Below the pieces are notes generated by a model. The model saw nothing but the letters and a program-made list of their open reading frames with translations, made no database searches and was not told the origin of the DNA. Positions 33,720-43,117 of a DNA stretch of 64,000 nt are shown in pieces. The stretch covers positions 3,840 through 67,839 of the forward strand of contig CAWAYY010000021.1 of the NCBI GenBank assembly GCA_963786255.1, read 5' to 3'. Both the position numbers and the translations under genes were made by a program. Numbering within the stretch: the first letter of the stretch is position 1; each line of letters starts with the position of its first letter. Source of the DNA: Pirellulales bacterium. GTDB lineage: Bacteria; Planctomycetota; Planctomycetia; Pirellulales; JAICIG01.

Positions 33720-36700
33720 GCCGGGGTTGCTATTGCTTGTGATCTGGAAGTCAAGCGTCTGGCCGGCTTCGTTCGCTGCGCCGGCCGAAATGTTCGCGGC
33801 CCAATTATGTATGACCGCGGGGCCGGAACCCGGCGGCGCATGCGCTGGTCGGGGCCGTGCGTAAAGCTGGGCGCCTGGTTCACCTGGTTCACGTTGATGG
33901 TGATGAAATCGTCGGCATGCTCGCCCTTCTCGTCAGTAGCGCGCAGGTCGATGGTCGCCGGGCCGCCGTACTGATCGGAATTGAGGTGCAGGGTGAGCAT
34001 GCCGCCAGCCACGCTGGCGTCGAGCAGCGCAGAGTTGTCGTTGCTGGCCACCGACAACGTCAGATGGTCGCCATAAGGAATATCGACGTCGTCGAACACT
34101 TGGGCCACGCTGAACACCACGTCGGCGGCATTCTCGTTGAGCGTCTGATTGGCGACCGGCGCGACGACGGTCGGAGCATGGTTAACCGGGGTCAACTCGA
34201 TTTTGAAAGATTGAGTCGCCGACGCGTCGCCTTGGCTGTCCTCCAATTTGACTGAGACGTTGGCCGTGCCTTGTTTGTGCAAGCCCGGCGTGAAGGTCAA
34301 CTTGCCGCTGGAGTCGATGGCCGGCGCGACGGAGAACAGGCTCGGGTCGTCGGTCGTGACCACGAAGTGAACTGCCTGGGAGGTCAGGTTCGGACTGACG
34401 CTGATGCCGGTCGCCCAGTTGCTGAATGTCTCCGCGGGCGAATCCTCGGCGACGCTGACATCGTCGCCGGCCGTGAATTGGGGCGCCTGGTTGACCGTGA
34501 TGGTGAAGCTCTCGCTCGTCGAATCAACGCCGCCGTTGGCCGTGCCGCCGTCGTCTTGCAAGGTCACGGTGAAGGCGGCCTGGCCGCTCTGGTCGGGCGC
34601 CGGCGTGTAGGTCAACGCGCCCGTCTTCACGTCGATGGCCGGCGCCACGGAGAACAGATTCGGATTGCTGTTGTTGCTGTCCGGGACGACGTTGAATTGC
34701 AGCGTCTGCGGCGGATCGTAAGCCCCTTGGCTGATATTCGACGCCCAACCGGGGACCGTCTGCGGTCCCGCGTTTTCCTTGATGGTTTGGTCGGCGCCCG
34801 TGGCGAACGTCGGCGCCTGATTGACGAAATTGACGGTGATCACGAAGGTTTTCGTCGAAACGTCGACGCCGCCGTGGGCCGTGCCGCCGTTATCGTGCAA
34901 GCGGGCCGTCACGGTCGCTTGCCCATATTGGTGATCAGCCGGCGTGTAGGTCAACGTGCCTGTGTTAGGGTCGATCGACGGCGCTACGGCGAACAACTTG
35001 AGATTATCGGTCGTCACCGAGAAATTGAGCGTCTGGCCCGATTCCATCGGTCCGTCGCTGATGCCCGCCGCCCAACCAGCAACCGTTTGCGGCCCAGCAT
35101 TTTCGTTGACGGTCAGGTCTCCGCCGCTCGTAAAGGTCGGGGCGTCGTTGACCGGCGTGATCGTAATGGCAAAAGTCTGCGTGAAGACGTCGACGCCGCC
35201 GTTGGCCGTGCCGCCGTCGTCGTGCAGGTGCACGGTTACGATTGCCGTGCCGTAGGCATCGGGCGCCGGCGTGTAGGTCAAGGCGCCGGTTTGTAAAGCG
35301 ATGGCAGGAGGATCAGCAAACAGGCTGGCGTTGTCGTTGCTGACCACGAAATTGAGCGTCTGGTTGGCTTCATTCGGACCTGCCGTAATGTTCGTCGCCC
35401 AGGCGTTCACGGTCTGCAGGCCGGAGTCTTCCTGGATGGATTGATCGCCGCCAATGGCAAACGAGGGGGCGTCGTTGACGGGCGTAACGGTAATGGTGAA
35501 CGTCTTGGTCGTCGCATCGGAGCCGCCGTTAGCCGTGCCGCCGTTATCCTGCAATTCCACCGTGACGGTCGCCGAGCCGTAAGCATTGGCCGCCGGCGTG
35601 TAACTCAGGCGGCCCGCGAGATTGACGGTCGGCTGCACGGAGAACAAGGCGTTGTTGTCATTGCTGACCAGGAAGGTAAGCGTCTGCGCCGTTTCATTCG
35701 GACCGTCGTTGATATTGGCGGCCCAAAGGGGCGTGACTTGGGCCCCGGCATCTTCCAGGACGGTCTGATCGGGGCCCGTCGTGAAGTCGGGGGGATCATT
35801 GACGGACCTTACGCTGATTGTGAACTTCTGCGACGCAGACGCGTCGACGCCGCCGTTGGCCGTGCCGGCGTCGTCGTGCAGGCGGACGGTGACGGTCGCC
35901 GTGCCATACGCATTGGCGGCCGGCGTGTAGGTCAGATTGCCCGAAGCATCGATCGTCGGCTGAGCCGAGAACAAACTCTGATTGTCGCTGCTGACCACGA
36001 AATTGAGCGTCTGGCCCGTTTCGTTCGGACCGTCGCTGATATTCGTTGCCCAAGCGGGCACGGTTTGCAGGCCCGCGTCTTCCAGCACGCTCTGATTGGC
36101 GCCACCGGTGAAACTGGGCGGCTGATTGACCGGGTTGATCGTGATGGTGAACGTCAGCGGCGCGGAGACATCGACGCCGTTATTGGCCGTACCGCCGTCG
36201 TCGCGCAGTTGCACGGTCACCGTCGCCGTGCCGAACATGTTGACCGCCGGGGCATAGGTCAACTTGCCAGAAGGGTCAATGGCCGGCTGTACGGAGAACA
36301 AGGCCTGGTTGTCGTTGCTGACGAGGAACGCGAGCGCCTGGCCGGTTTCGTTCGGGCCGTCGTCGAGGTTGGTCGCCCAGCCGTTCACGGCTTGGGCGCC
36401 GGTATTTTCGAAGACGGCCTGGTCGGACCCAACCGTAAAGCGGGGAGCATCGTTCACAGGGGTGACGATGATCGTAAAGATCTGGGTCGCCGAGGTATCG
36501 ACGCCGCCGTTGGCCGTGCCGCCGTCGTCGTGCAGCAGCACGGTCACCGTTGCCGTACCGTAGGCGTTGGCTGTCGGCGTATAGCTCAAATTGCCCGCAG
36601 CATCAATCGCCGGCTGCACGGAAAACAAGGCGTTGTTGTCATTGCTGACCAGGAACGTAAGCGTTTGTCCCGTTTCGTTGGCGCCATCGCTGATGTTCGC

Positions 36701-36742
36701 GGCCCAACCGGACGCGCTCTGCGGGCCTGCGTCTTCCAGCAC
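33620..36742 (-). CDS. giant exoprotein 2, segment 4 of 5 (about nine ~110-aa Ig/cadherin-like repeats)
   Basis: The unit VN(D/Q)(A/P)P(S/T)FT.G.DQ.V.EDAG.QTV..WATNISDGPNE.GQTL.F.VSNDN..LFS.QP.ID..G.LTYTP..NAYGTATVTV.LHDDGGTANGG.D is repeated. The last ~75 residues (RMRRRVPAPRSY...) are out of frame. Confidence 0.85.
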   Translation of the reverse strand: MLEDAGPQSASGWAANISDGANETGQTLTFLVSNDNNALFSVQPAIDAAGNLSYTPTANAYGTATVTVLLHDDGGTANGGVDTSATQIFTIIVTPVNDAPRFTVGSDQAVFENTGAQAVNGWATNLDDGPNETGQALAFLVSNDNQALFSVQPAIDPSGKLTYAPAVNMFGTATVTVQLRDDGGTANNGVDVSAPLTFTITINPVNQPPSFTGGANQSVLEDAGLQTVPAWATNISDGPNETGQTLNFVVSSDNQSLFSAQPTIDASGNLTYTPAANAYGTATVTVRLHDDAGTANGGVDASASQKFTISVRSVNDPPDFTTGPDQTVLEDAGAQVTPLWAANINDGPNETAQTLTFLVSNDNNALFSVQPTVNLAGRLSYTPAANAYGSATVTVELQDNGGTANGGSDATTKTFTITVTPVNDAPSFAIGGDQSIQEDSGLQTVNAWATNITAGPNEANQTLNFVVSNDNASLFADPPAIALQTGALTYTPAPDAYGTAIVTVHLHDDGGTANGGVDVFTQTFAITITPVNDAPTFTSGGDLTVNENAGPQTVAGWAAGISDGPMESGQTLNFSVTTDNLKLFAVAPSIDPNTGTLTYTPADHQYGQATVTARLHDNGGTAHGGVDVSTKTFVITVNFVNQAPTFATGADQTIKENAGPQTVPGWASNISQGAYDPPQTLQFNVVPDSNNSNPNLFSVAPAIDVKTGALTYTPAPDQSGQAAFTVTLQDDGGTANGGVDSTSESFTITVNQAPQFTAGDDVSVAEDSPAETFSNWATGISVSPNLTSQAVHFVVTTDDPSLFSVAPAIDSSGKLTFTPGLHKQGTANVSVKLEDSQGDASATQSFKIELTPVNHAPTVVAPVANQTLNENAADVVFSVAQVFDDVDIPYGDHLTLSVASNDNSALLDASVAGGMLTLHLNSDQYGGPATIDLRATDEKGEHADDFITINVNQVNQAPSFTHGPDQRMRRRVPAPRSYIIGPRTFRPAQRTKPARRLTSRSQAIATPACSRHSRPLTRPPATCVSRPPPASPARPPSRCN

Positions 36743-37662
36743 GCTTGAGTTGCGCCGGCGGTAAAGCTGGGCGGCTGGTTGACGGCGTTGACCGTGATGG
36801 TAAAGGTCGCCGTGCCCGAGACGTTGACGCCGCCGCCCGCCGTGCCGCCGTCGTCATGCAGTTGCACGGTGACCGTCGCCGCGCCATAGGCGTTGGTCGC
36901 GGGCGTGTAGCTGAGATTGCCGGACGAGTCGATGGCCGGCTGCACGGCGAACAAGGCGTTGTTGTCGTTGCTGACCAGGAAATCAAGCGTCTGTCCCGTT
37001 TCGTTCGGACCGGCGTCAAGGGTTGTCGCCCAGGCGGCCGCGGTCTGCAGCCCTGCGTTTTCAAACGCGACCTGGTCGGCCCCGGCCGTAAAGCTGGGAG
37101 CGTCGTTCACCGGAGTGAGGACGATGGTAAAGGTTTGCGCCGCCGAGGTATCGACGCCGCCCTTGGCGGTGCCGCCGTCGTCGTGCAATTGCACCGTGAC
37201 CGTCGCCGCGCCATAGGCATTAGGCGCTGGCGTATAGGTCAATGTCCCCGCCGCATCGATCGACGGTTGAACGGAGAACAAGGATTTGTTGTTGTTGCTG
37301 ACCAGGAAATTAAGCGCCTGGCCCGACTCATTCGCGCCATCGTTCATGTTCGTCGCCCAGTTCGCTGCGCTCTGCGGGCCGGAGTCTTCCAGCGCGGTCT
37401 GTTTCGATCCAAGGTCGAAGGTCGGCGGCTGGTTGACGGCGAAGACCGTGATGGTGAACGTAATCGCCGCCGAAGTGTCGACGCCGCCGCCTGACGTGCC
37501 GCCGTTGTCGTGCAACTGCACGGTCACCGTCGCCGTGCCGATGGCATTGGTTGCGGGCGTGAACGTCAGCGCGCCGGAAGGACTGATGGCGGGTTGTGCG
37601 GAGAACAGGGCGCTGTTGTCGTTGCTGACCAGGAAATTGAGCGTCTGACCTGATTCGTTCAA
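36586..37662 (-). CDS. giant exoprotein 2, segment 3 of 5 (three ~110-aa repeats)
   Basis: Same repeat family (NESGQTLNFLVSNDNSALFSAQPAISPSGALTFTPATNAIGTATVTVQLHDNGGT...). It joins segment 2 near 37703 and segment 4 at about 36744, where a 2-nt remnant sits between ...AGATQ and VLEDAGPQ.... Confidence 0.85.
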   Translation of the reverse strand: MNESGQTLNFLVSNDNSALFSAQPAISPSGALTFTPATNAIGTATVTVQLHDNGGTSGGGVDTSAAITFTITVFAVNQPPTFDLGSKQTALEDSGPQSAANWATNMNDGANESGQALNFLVSNNNKSLFSVQPSIDAAGTLTYTPAPNAYGAATVTVQLHDDGGTAKGGVDTSAAQTFTIVLTPVNDAPSFTAGADQVAFENAGLQTAAAWATTLDAGPNETGQTLDFLVSNDNNALFAVQPAIDSSGNLSYTPATNAYGAATVTVQLHDDGGTAGGGVNVSGTATFTITVNAVNQPPSFTAGATQACWKTQARRARPVGPRTSAMAPTKRDKRLRSWSAMTTTPCFPCSRRLMLRAI

Positions 37663-39287
37663 ACCGTCGCTGATATCGGTCGCCCAGTTGGCGAAAGGCG
37701 CGGACCCGCGTTTTCTTTTACGGACTCGTCAGGTCCCGGAGTAAAGCTGGGCGCCGAGTTGAGCTTGCCGACGTCAATGGTGAAGGTTTGCGTGTAGGTG
37801 TCGCCGCCGCCGCCCGCCGTACCGCCGTTGTTGCTGAGCGTAACCGTCACCTGGGCGAGCCCCGAGTTGTTGGCGGCGGGCGCGTACGTGAGCGTGCCGG
37901 TGGAGAGATCGATCGACGGCTGCGTCGTGAACAACGCGGGATTGTTGTTGCTGACGGTCAGCTTCAGCGCCTCGTTGGATTCCCAGGTCGGACCGGCGAT
38001 GATGCTGGCAATGAACCCCGGCGTTGTTTGAGGGCCGGAGTTTTGCGAGATTTTCTGCGCTGGACCCGCGATCACGAAGCTGGGCGGCGAATTGATGGCT
38101 GAGGAGGCGCTTGTGCCGGCGTTCAATCTTAGTACGAAGATGTCTTGGTCGTTCTTGGCGCCGACGTTGTAGACGTCCGGCGGCGGACTGAAGTTGGCCG
38201 GCCCCTCGGAAACGCCCGTGGCATAGACGTTGCCTGAGCCGTCGACGAAAATGGCCGTGCCTTGATCTTCGCCTGAGCCGCCAAACTGCAGAGCATTAAC
38301 GTAGTTGCCGTCCGTGTCCAGCTTTGAGACGTAAATGTCGTAGCTGGCGCCGATGGCCGTCAATTCTTTCGCGGGCGTTCCGTTGGGATTGAAGTTGAGC
38401 TTTGCGGCGAATTCGCCCGTCGTGTAGACGTTACCCTGGGAGTCGACGGCAATTCCATAGCCTTCGACGTCGTAGCCGCCGCTGCCGGGCAAGAACGCGT
38501 TTCCCCAGACAAACTTGCCGTCATTGTCCAGCTTGGAAATGAACGTGGCGTTTGTCCCTTGCGTCGTCAGGTCCGAGCCGTTCGTGGGATCGAGTTGCAG
38601 TTTGCCTTCGAATACCCCCGTCGTGTAGACGTTGCCGTTGGAATCGATGGCGATCCGATTCAGCGGCGTGATCAATCCCAGGGGAGACGAGCCGCTGGAT
38701 GCAGAACTGATCAGCGCATCGGCCCAGACGACGCTTCCATCGGATGAACTGAACTTCGCCACGAAGTCGTTCGAAAGCGATCCGCCGTTGAGGTTATAAG
38801 TTCCGAGCTTCAGGCTGTTGGAAAAACTGCCCGTGATAATTGGATTGCCCGAGGGATCGACGGCCACGGAATCCGCGCCGTCGTACTCGCCGGAAGCGCC
38901 AAAGCTTTTGGCCCACAGCGGCGCGCCGTCGCTGTCGTACTTGACGATGAAGATGTCATCCTTGCCGACCGCGGCGAGCGTCGTTGCAGAGGGCGAGGTG
39001 TTGACCGTGTACGTTCCGGAGTAGGCGCCGACCACGAAAGCGTTGCCGTCGGAATCCACCGCCATGCCGACTGAATTCGACGCGGCCTTGCTCACCACCG
39101 CCTTCGCCCACAGCGTGTTGCCTTGATTGTCGAGCTTCCACAAGAAGGCCGTATCCGTAGAGACGTCAACGACGGTTGTGCCGAACGTCGTCTTGCCGGT
39201 CATCGAACCGGCGACGTAGACGTTACCGAACGCGTCAAGCTGCAGCCTAGGGCCGTACTGCCAATACGAGCTTACGGCTTGCCGCAC
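37659..39287 (-). CDS. giant exoprotein 2, segment 2 of 5 (second SBBP beta-propeller block, first Ig/cadherin-like repeats)
   Basis: SBBP-type repeats (AFGNVYVAGSMTGKTTFG, DSDGNAFVVGAYSG, DPSGNPIITGSFSN, DSNGNVYTTGVFEG, DSQGNVYTTGEFAA, DGSGNVYATGVSEG). Then INSPPSFVIAGPAQ... starts the repeat array. The frame is open upstream to the break near 39543. Confidence 0.85.
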   Translation of the reverse strand: MRQAVSSYWQYGPRLQLDAFGNVYVAGSMTGKTTFGTTVVDVSTDTAFLWKLDNQGNTLWAKAVVSKAASNSVGMAVDSDGNAFVVGAYSGTYTVNTSPSATTLAAVGKDDIFIVKYDSDGAPLWAKSFGASGEYDGADSVAVDPSGNPIITGSFSNSLKLGTYNLNGGSLSNDFVAKFSSSDGSVVWADALISSASSGSSPLGLITPLNRIAIDSNGNVYTTGVFEGKLQLDPTNGSDLTTQGTNATFISKLDNDGKFVWGNAFLPGSGGYDVEGYGIAVDSQGNVYTTGEFAAKLNFNPNGTPAKELTAIGASYDIYVSKLDTDGNYVNALQFGGSGEDQGTAIFVDGSGNVYATGVSEGPANFSPPPDVYNVGAKNDQDIFVLRLNAGTSASSAINSPPSFVIAGPAQKISQNSGPQTTPGFIASIIAGPTWESNEALKLTVSNNNPALFTTQPSIDLSTGTLTYAPAANNSGLAQVTVTLSNNGGTAGGGGDTYTQTFTIDVGKLNSAPSFTPGPDESVKENAGPRLSPTGRPISATV

Positions 39288-39346
39288 CCAGAGCAGGGTC
39301 CCATCGGACGAGTACTTGGCTACGAAGTCGTTATTGGCGCCGGTCG

Positions 39347-41362
39347 TCAGCTTAACGGCGCCCGGCCCCGAACCGAAAACGGTGTCGAAGCCGTCGAAAC
39401 TGCCGGCGAGATAGATATTGCCCGCCGCGTCGGCGAGGATTGAACTGCCGCTGGTAAAGCCATCGGTCTTGATGCCGAAGGCCAGTCCGAAGGAGAGCGC
39501 GGCGGCGGTCGCCTTGAAGCCGGCGTTGGCGATCGTCGTCTGCCCTGCGCCAGGACGATCGCGGCGCTTTGCCCCGTGGCGGGAGACACGCTGCTGCTTA
39601 ACGTCGGGTCAGACCCTGCGTTTTGCGCGGTCAGCGTATCGCCCGTCGGCACGTCGACTTTGATGTAATAGCTGATTCCGCTTTTCAACCCTTTGAAGCT
39701 GTACAACCCAAGCGCGTCGGAAACCGTGCTCGCCACCTCGACGCCGCTGCCCGGCGTTCCCTGATAAAGTGCGATGGCTATATTCGGCAGGCCCGGTTCG
39801 CTGGACTGGCGCACGCCGTCCTGGTCCTTGTCGTTCCAGACCGCGCCGTAAAGGGCCTGCGGCGGATAGTTGAGTCCCCAGATAAAGCCGTCCCACAGGC
39901 CTTGCGCCGCGACGTTTTTGACGTTCGGACCGGGATCGAAGTCGATCGTGTTGGAGAACGAACCGGCGACGTAGATGTTGCCGGCGGCCGTGGCGGCAAT
40001 TCCCCAGCCGAAGTCGCTGCCGTTTTCGCCGGCGACCGCGGCCCAGGCGTAGTGTCCCTGGCTGTCCAGTGTGGACACGTAAGCGTCCACGCCGCCCGCG
40101 CTCGTGCGATTGTCCGTGCCGGAGCCGGGATCGAAATCGGCGATGCCCTGAAAATTGCCGGTCGTATAGACGTTTCCGCGGCCGTCGACGGCAATTCCCA
40201 TCGCGTTGACGCCGCCGAAGGGACTCGCTCCGGAGACGTTGTGCAACACAGAGCCCCAGTCGTATCCGCCGGTAGCGCCGAGTTTGATCACGAAGGCGTC
40301 GGGGAACACGAAATCCGCATTCACGTAATCCGTGCCGCCGCTCGGATTGAGATTGACCGGTCCGCCGAAGCTGCCCGTGGCATAGACGTTGCCGGCGCTA
40401 TCGACGGTAATCGCCTCGCCTTGGCTTCGGCCATCGCCCTGCGGCAGGTTCGTGCCATTGAGCTCTTTAGCCCAAAGATAGTTGCCGCCCCCGTCCAGCT
40501 TGAGGATATAGGCGGCGCCGAAAAAAGTCGTCTGATCCTGGACGGCCAACGGCGACGGGTCAAAGTCTACGGTTCCTGAGAACTGTCCGGTGACGTAGAC
40601 CTCGCCCTGCGAATCGAGGGCGATTCCACGTCCCTGATCGGCTCCGTCAGCGCCAATTCCGTGGGCCCACGTCAAGGCGCCGCTGGAATTGAACTCGGCG
40701 ACGAAGGCGTCGGTCCCGCCGGCAGAGAGCAGCGTGACGTCGCCGACGCCCTGGCCGAACGTCGCCGTATTGCTGAAATCGCCGGTCACGTAGGCGTTGC
40801 CGGCGGAGTCGACGGCCACGCCGTAGCCGGCATCGCCGCCCGTGCCGCCAAACGCCTGGGCCCACAGGAAATTCCCATTCGAATCCAGCTTGGCCAGATA
40901 ACCGTCGCTGGCGCCCGTTGAGGTCAGCGAAGTGGAACCGAACGTGGCGGTGGGATTGGTGGAGGGGTTGGTGCTGAAGTTGCCCGTGATGTAGACGTTG
41001 CCGGAGGAGTCGACGGCCAGGCCTTCTTTCTGATTGATGGCCGACGAGGCCGTGTAAGCGGTCGACCAGACCTTCGCGCCGGTTGCCGTGTACTTGTAGA
41101 CGGCGTCGGTCCCCAACACGTAGACGTTGCCGGCAGCGTCCGCCGCGACGGCGAAGTCCTGGCCGCCATTGGGTCCCGCGACGGCGAACTGAAAGTCCGA
41201 AGCCAGCAGAACGCGTTCTTCAAGCGGCTCGTGGCAGATGGACCGCAAGGGGCGCTCAAACGACCTGAATGCCAGGCGATTGCCGGCCTCGGCTCTTCGC
41301 TTCTTTCGCTTGTTCCGCCGAGTCGGAACGTGGTTCGTAACCCAATCTGCCAGCCGGTTCAT
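39347..41362 (-). CDS. giant exoprotein 2, segment 1 of 5 (basic leader, PLEERVLLAS motif, first SBBP block, SdrD-B-like domain)
   Basis: ATG 41362: MNRLADWVTNHVPTRRNKRKKRRAEAGNRLAFRSFERPLRSICHEPLEERVLLASDFQF.... SBBP repeats (DAAGNVYVLG, DSSGNVYITGNFS, DSAGNAYVTGDFS, DSQGEVYVTGQFSG...). Then GAVWNDKDQDGVRQSSEPGLPNIAIALYQG...GLYSFKGLKSGISYYIKV. In frame down to about 39543. Confidence 0.85.
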   Translation of the reverse strand: MNRLADWVTNHVPTRRNKRKKRRAEAGNRLAFRSFERPLRSICHEPLEERVLLASDFQFAVAGPNGGQDFAVAADAAGNVYVLGTDAVYKYTATGAKVWSTAYTASSAINQKEGLAVDSSGNVYITGNFSTNPSTNPTATFGSTSLTSTGASDGYLAKLDSNGNFLWAQAFGGTGGDAGYGVAVDSAGNAYVTGDFSNTATFGQGVGDVTLLSAGGTDAFVAEFNSSGALTWAHGIGADGADQGRGIALDSQGEVYVTGQFSGTVDFDPSPLAVQDQTTFFGAAYILKLDGGGNYLWAKELNGTNLPQGDGRSQGEAITVDSAGNVYATGSFGGPVNLNPSGGTDYVNADFVFPDAFVIKLGATGGYDWGSVLHNVSGASPFGGVNAMGIAVDGRGNVYTTGNFQGIADFDPGSGTDNRTSAGGVDAYVSTLDSQGHYAWAAVAGENGSDFGWGIAATAAGNIYVAGSFSNTIDFDPGPNVKNVAAQGLWDGFIWGLNYPPQALYGAVWNDKDQDGVRQSSEPGLPNIAIALYQGTPGSGVEVASTVSDALGLYSFKGLKSGISYYIKVDVPTGDTLTAQNAGSDPTLSSSVSPATGQSAAIVLAQGRRRSPTPASRRPPPRSPSDWPSASRPMALPAAVQSSPTRRAISISPAVSTASTPFSVRGRAPLS

Positions 41363-41587
41363 GAGCAGCCCCCGAAGGTGCAGTAGAAGACTAATTACGC
41401 GCGACGCCCGACGCTCGTACAAAGGTGCTTGCCCTGACAGAATGCGCCGCGAAAAAGAAGCGAGGCGCAAGATGCCCACAAGCCTTCAAGGCTCAATCGT
41501 GGAGAGAACCCGCCCGTGTTTTTTTTTTGCGAAGCGGTTTCGCTAGCCCTGGCCCGACCCTTGTCCGATAACCCGCATCGGGAGGGT

Positions 41588-41616
41588 ATTTAAACCGACC
41601 AGAGTGTGCATGTCAA
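41588..41616 (-). promoter_or_regulatory. sigma70-like promoter candidate for giant exoprotein 2
   Basis: On the minus strand: TTGACA (41616-41611), a 17-nt spacer, then TTAAAT (41593-41588), inside the only AT-rich patch of the 495-nt gap between the two giant genes. This implies a ~220-nt leader before ATG 41362. Confidence 0.3.
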
Positions 41617-41857
41617 GAAATCACGGTTTTAACTTTTTTGCGGCGCGCGGCGGAGAGGTGGTCGGACGGGTGTGTGGAAGTCGCAGACGCGCTGAGCCAT
41701 AGCTTTGGGCCGCGCGGATTGCTGCGCAGCCGTGCGGCGGCTGACCGACGGGCCGTTCTTCTGCCGACCAGGCGCTCGCTTCGGCGCAAGGGAGACGTCG
41801 CACGCGTTGCCGTGCGCTTGCCCGTCAAAGTTTGTTGTTGCAGACCGAGCGGGCCGC

Positions 41858-43117
41858 TTAGATCGTGAATCGCCCCGCGACGCCTGCCGCCGGCGGCGGC
41901 GGGCTGCTGCGGTACTCTTCGGAGTCGATGATCTCGATCTGGATGTCGCGCTGCGAGGCGCCGGCCGCCATCTGCTGCACCAGGCCGTTCAACTCGTTGA
42001 ACGTGGGATTCCGTTGCAGGTATTCCTGATAGAAGCCGGTGACCAGGTTCTGGAAGTTCTCGGTGCTTTGCGTGAAGCCCAGCACCACTTCCTGCTTGGT
42101 TTTCAGACCCAGATCCAGTTGGTTGGTCCAGTAGGTCAGGCCTTGCTGGTCGGCGGTGCGGCCCAGCAGCCGTTGGTACAGCGCTTGGACCCAGGCTGAG
42201 TTCGTGCCGCCTGCGGAATTGAAGAACTCTTGCGAGCTGATCATGCCGGCGATGACGTTCTCCGGACCTCCGTCGCGCTTCCAGATGTTGCGCCAGTAAG
42301 TCAGGCCGGCGGCATCGGCCGTACGCAGCAGGTAGTCGTGATAGTACTGTTCGATGATCGGATCGAGCCGCTCGTTGCTCTCGAAGATGCCTTGAGCAAT
42401 CACGCTGACCGGATCGCCGTTGTCGAGCCGGCCGGTCCAGTACTTCAGGCCGCCGTCGTCCGGCGAGCGGTGAAGCACCTGCTGGTACAGTTTCTCGACG
42501 AGGCTGGCGTTGTAGGACAAGATCCGCACGGTCGCCACGCCGCTGTCGGCCAGGCCGTCGTTGGCTTTGTAAGTGAACGTATCGAGGGCGTTGAAGTTGG
42601 CGCCCTTGACGTAGGTGAAAGAGCCGTCGGCGTTCAACGTCAACGTGCCGGCGCTTGGGCCGCTGACGATTACCGCATGCAGCGTATCGCCGTTGACGTC
42701 CGTATCGTTGCTCAGCACGCCGGCGCCTGCGGCGGTGGTGCTGCTGGCGCTGTCGCTCAGCACGAAGGTGTCCGGCTGTGCGACCGGGGCCGTGTTGACG
42801 GTAATGTGGAACGTGACGGGCGCCGACGCATCGACGCCGCCGTTGGCCGTGCCGCCGTTGTCGTGCAACTGGACGGTGACGGTCGCCGTGCCCGTGACGC
42901 CGGCGGCGGGCGTGAACGTCAGGTTGCCGGTGGCGGCGTCAATCGCCGGCTGAGCCGAGAACAAGGCGTTGTTGTTGTTGCTGACCAGGAAGTTGAGCGT
43001 ATCCCCGGACTCGTTCGTCGGCCCCGCAGAGATATTCGTGGCCCAGTGAGACACAGTTTGCGCACCGGAGCCCGGCGCCAGGCGCTGATCGGAGCCGGCC
43101 GTAAAGCTGGGCGGCAT
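41858..43117 (-). CDS. giant exoprotein 1, segment 16 of 16 (last repeat, cadherin-like domain, four DUF4214 units)
   Basis: PSFTAGSDQRLAPGSGAQTVSHWATNISAG..., DTFVLSDSASSTTAAGAGVLSNDTDVNGDTLHAVIVSGPSAGTLTLNADGSFTY, LYQQVLHRSPDDGGLKYWTGRL..., LYQRLLGRTADQQGLTYWTNQL.... It ends SPPPPAAGVAGRFTI. Collinear with, and by eye about four-fifths identical to, 32613..33870. Confidence 0.85.
   Translation of the reverse strand: MPPSFTAGSDQRLAPGSGAQTVSHWATNISAGPTNESGDTLNFLVSNNNNALFSAQPAIDAATGNLTFTPAAGVTGTATVTVQLHDNGGTANGGVDASAPVTFHITVNTAPVAQPDTFVLSDSASSTTAAGAGVLSNDTDVNGDTLHAVIVSGPSAGTLTLNADGSFTYVKGANFNALDTFTYKANDGLADSGVATVRILSYNASLVEKLYQQVLHRSPDDGGLKYWTGRLDNGDPVSVIAQGIFESNERLDPIIEQYYHDYLLRTADAAGLTYWRNIWKRDGGPENVIAGMISSQEFFNSAGGTNSAWVQALYQRLLGRTADQQGLTYWTNQLDLGLKTKQEVVLGFTQSTENFQNLVTGFYQEYLQRNPTFNELNGLVQQMAAGASQRDIQIEIIDSEEYRSSPPPPAAGVAGRFTI

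Larger units (their letters stand above)
33560..38095 (-). repeat. tandem coding repeat array of exoprotein 2: about 13 units of ~110 aa (~330 bp) plus one divergent unit
   Basis: Junction motifs INSPPSF, LNSAPSF, VNQPPTF, VNDAPSF, VNQPPSF, VNDAPRF, VNQPPSF, VNDPPDF, VNDAPSF, VNDAPTF, VNQAPTF, VNQAPQF, (VNHAPTVV divergent), VNQAPSF, counted from the translations. Confidence 0.85.

Noticed and set aside
41519-41528. T10 run next to a GCGAA..TTCGC hairpin, considered as an intrinsic terminator.
   Set aside because: On the plus strand the T-run precedes the hairpin. On the minus strand the hairpin is followed by A residues, not U. Neither orientation matches a rho-independent terminator.
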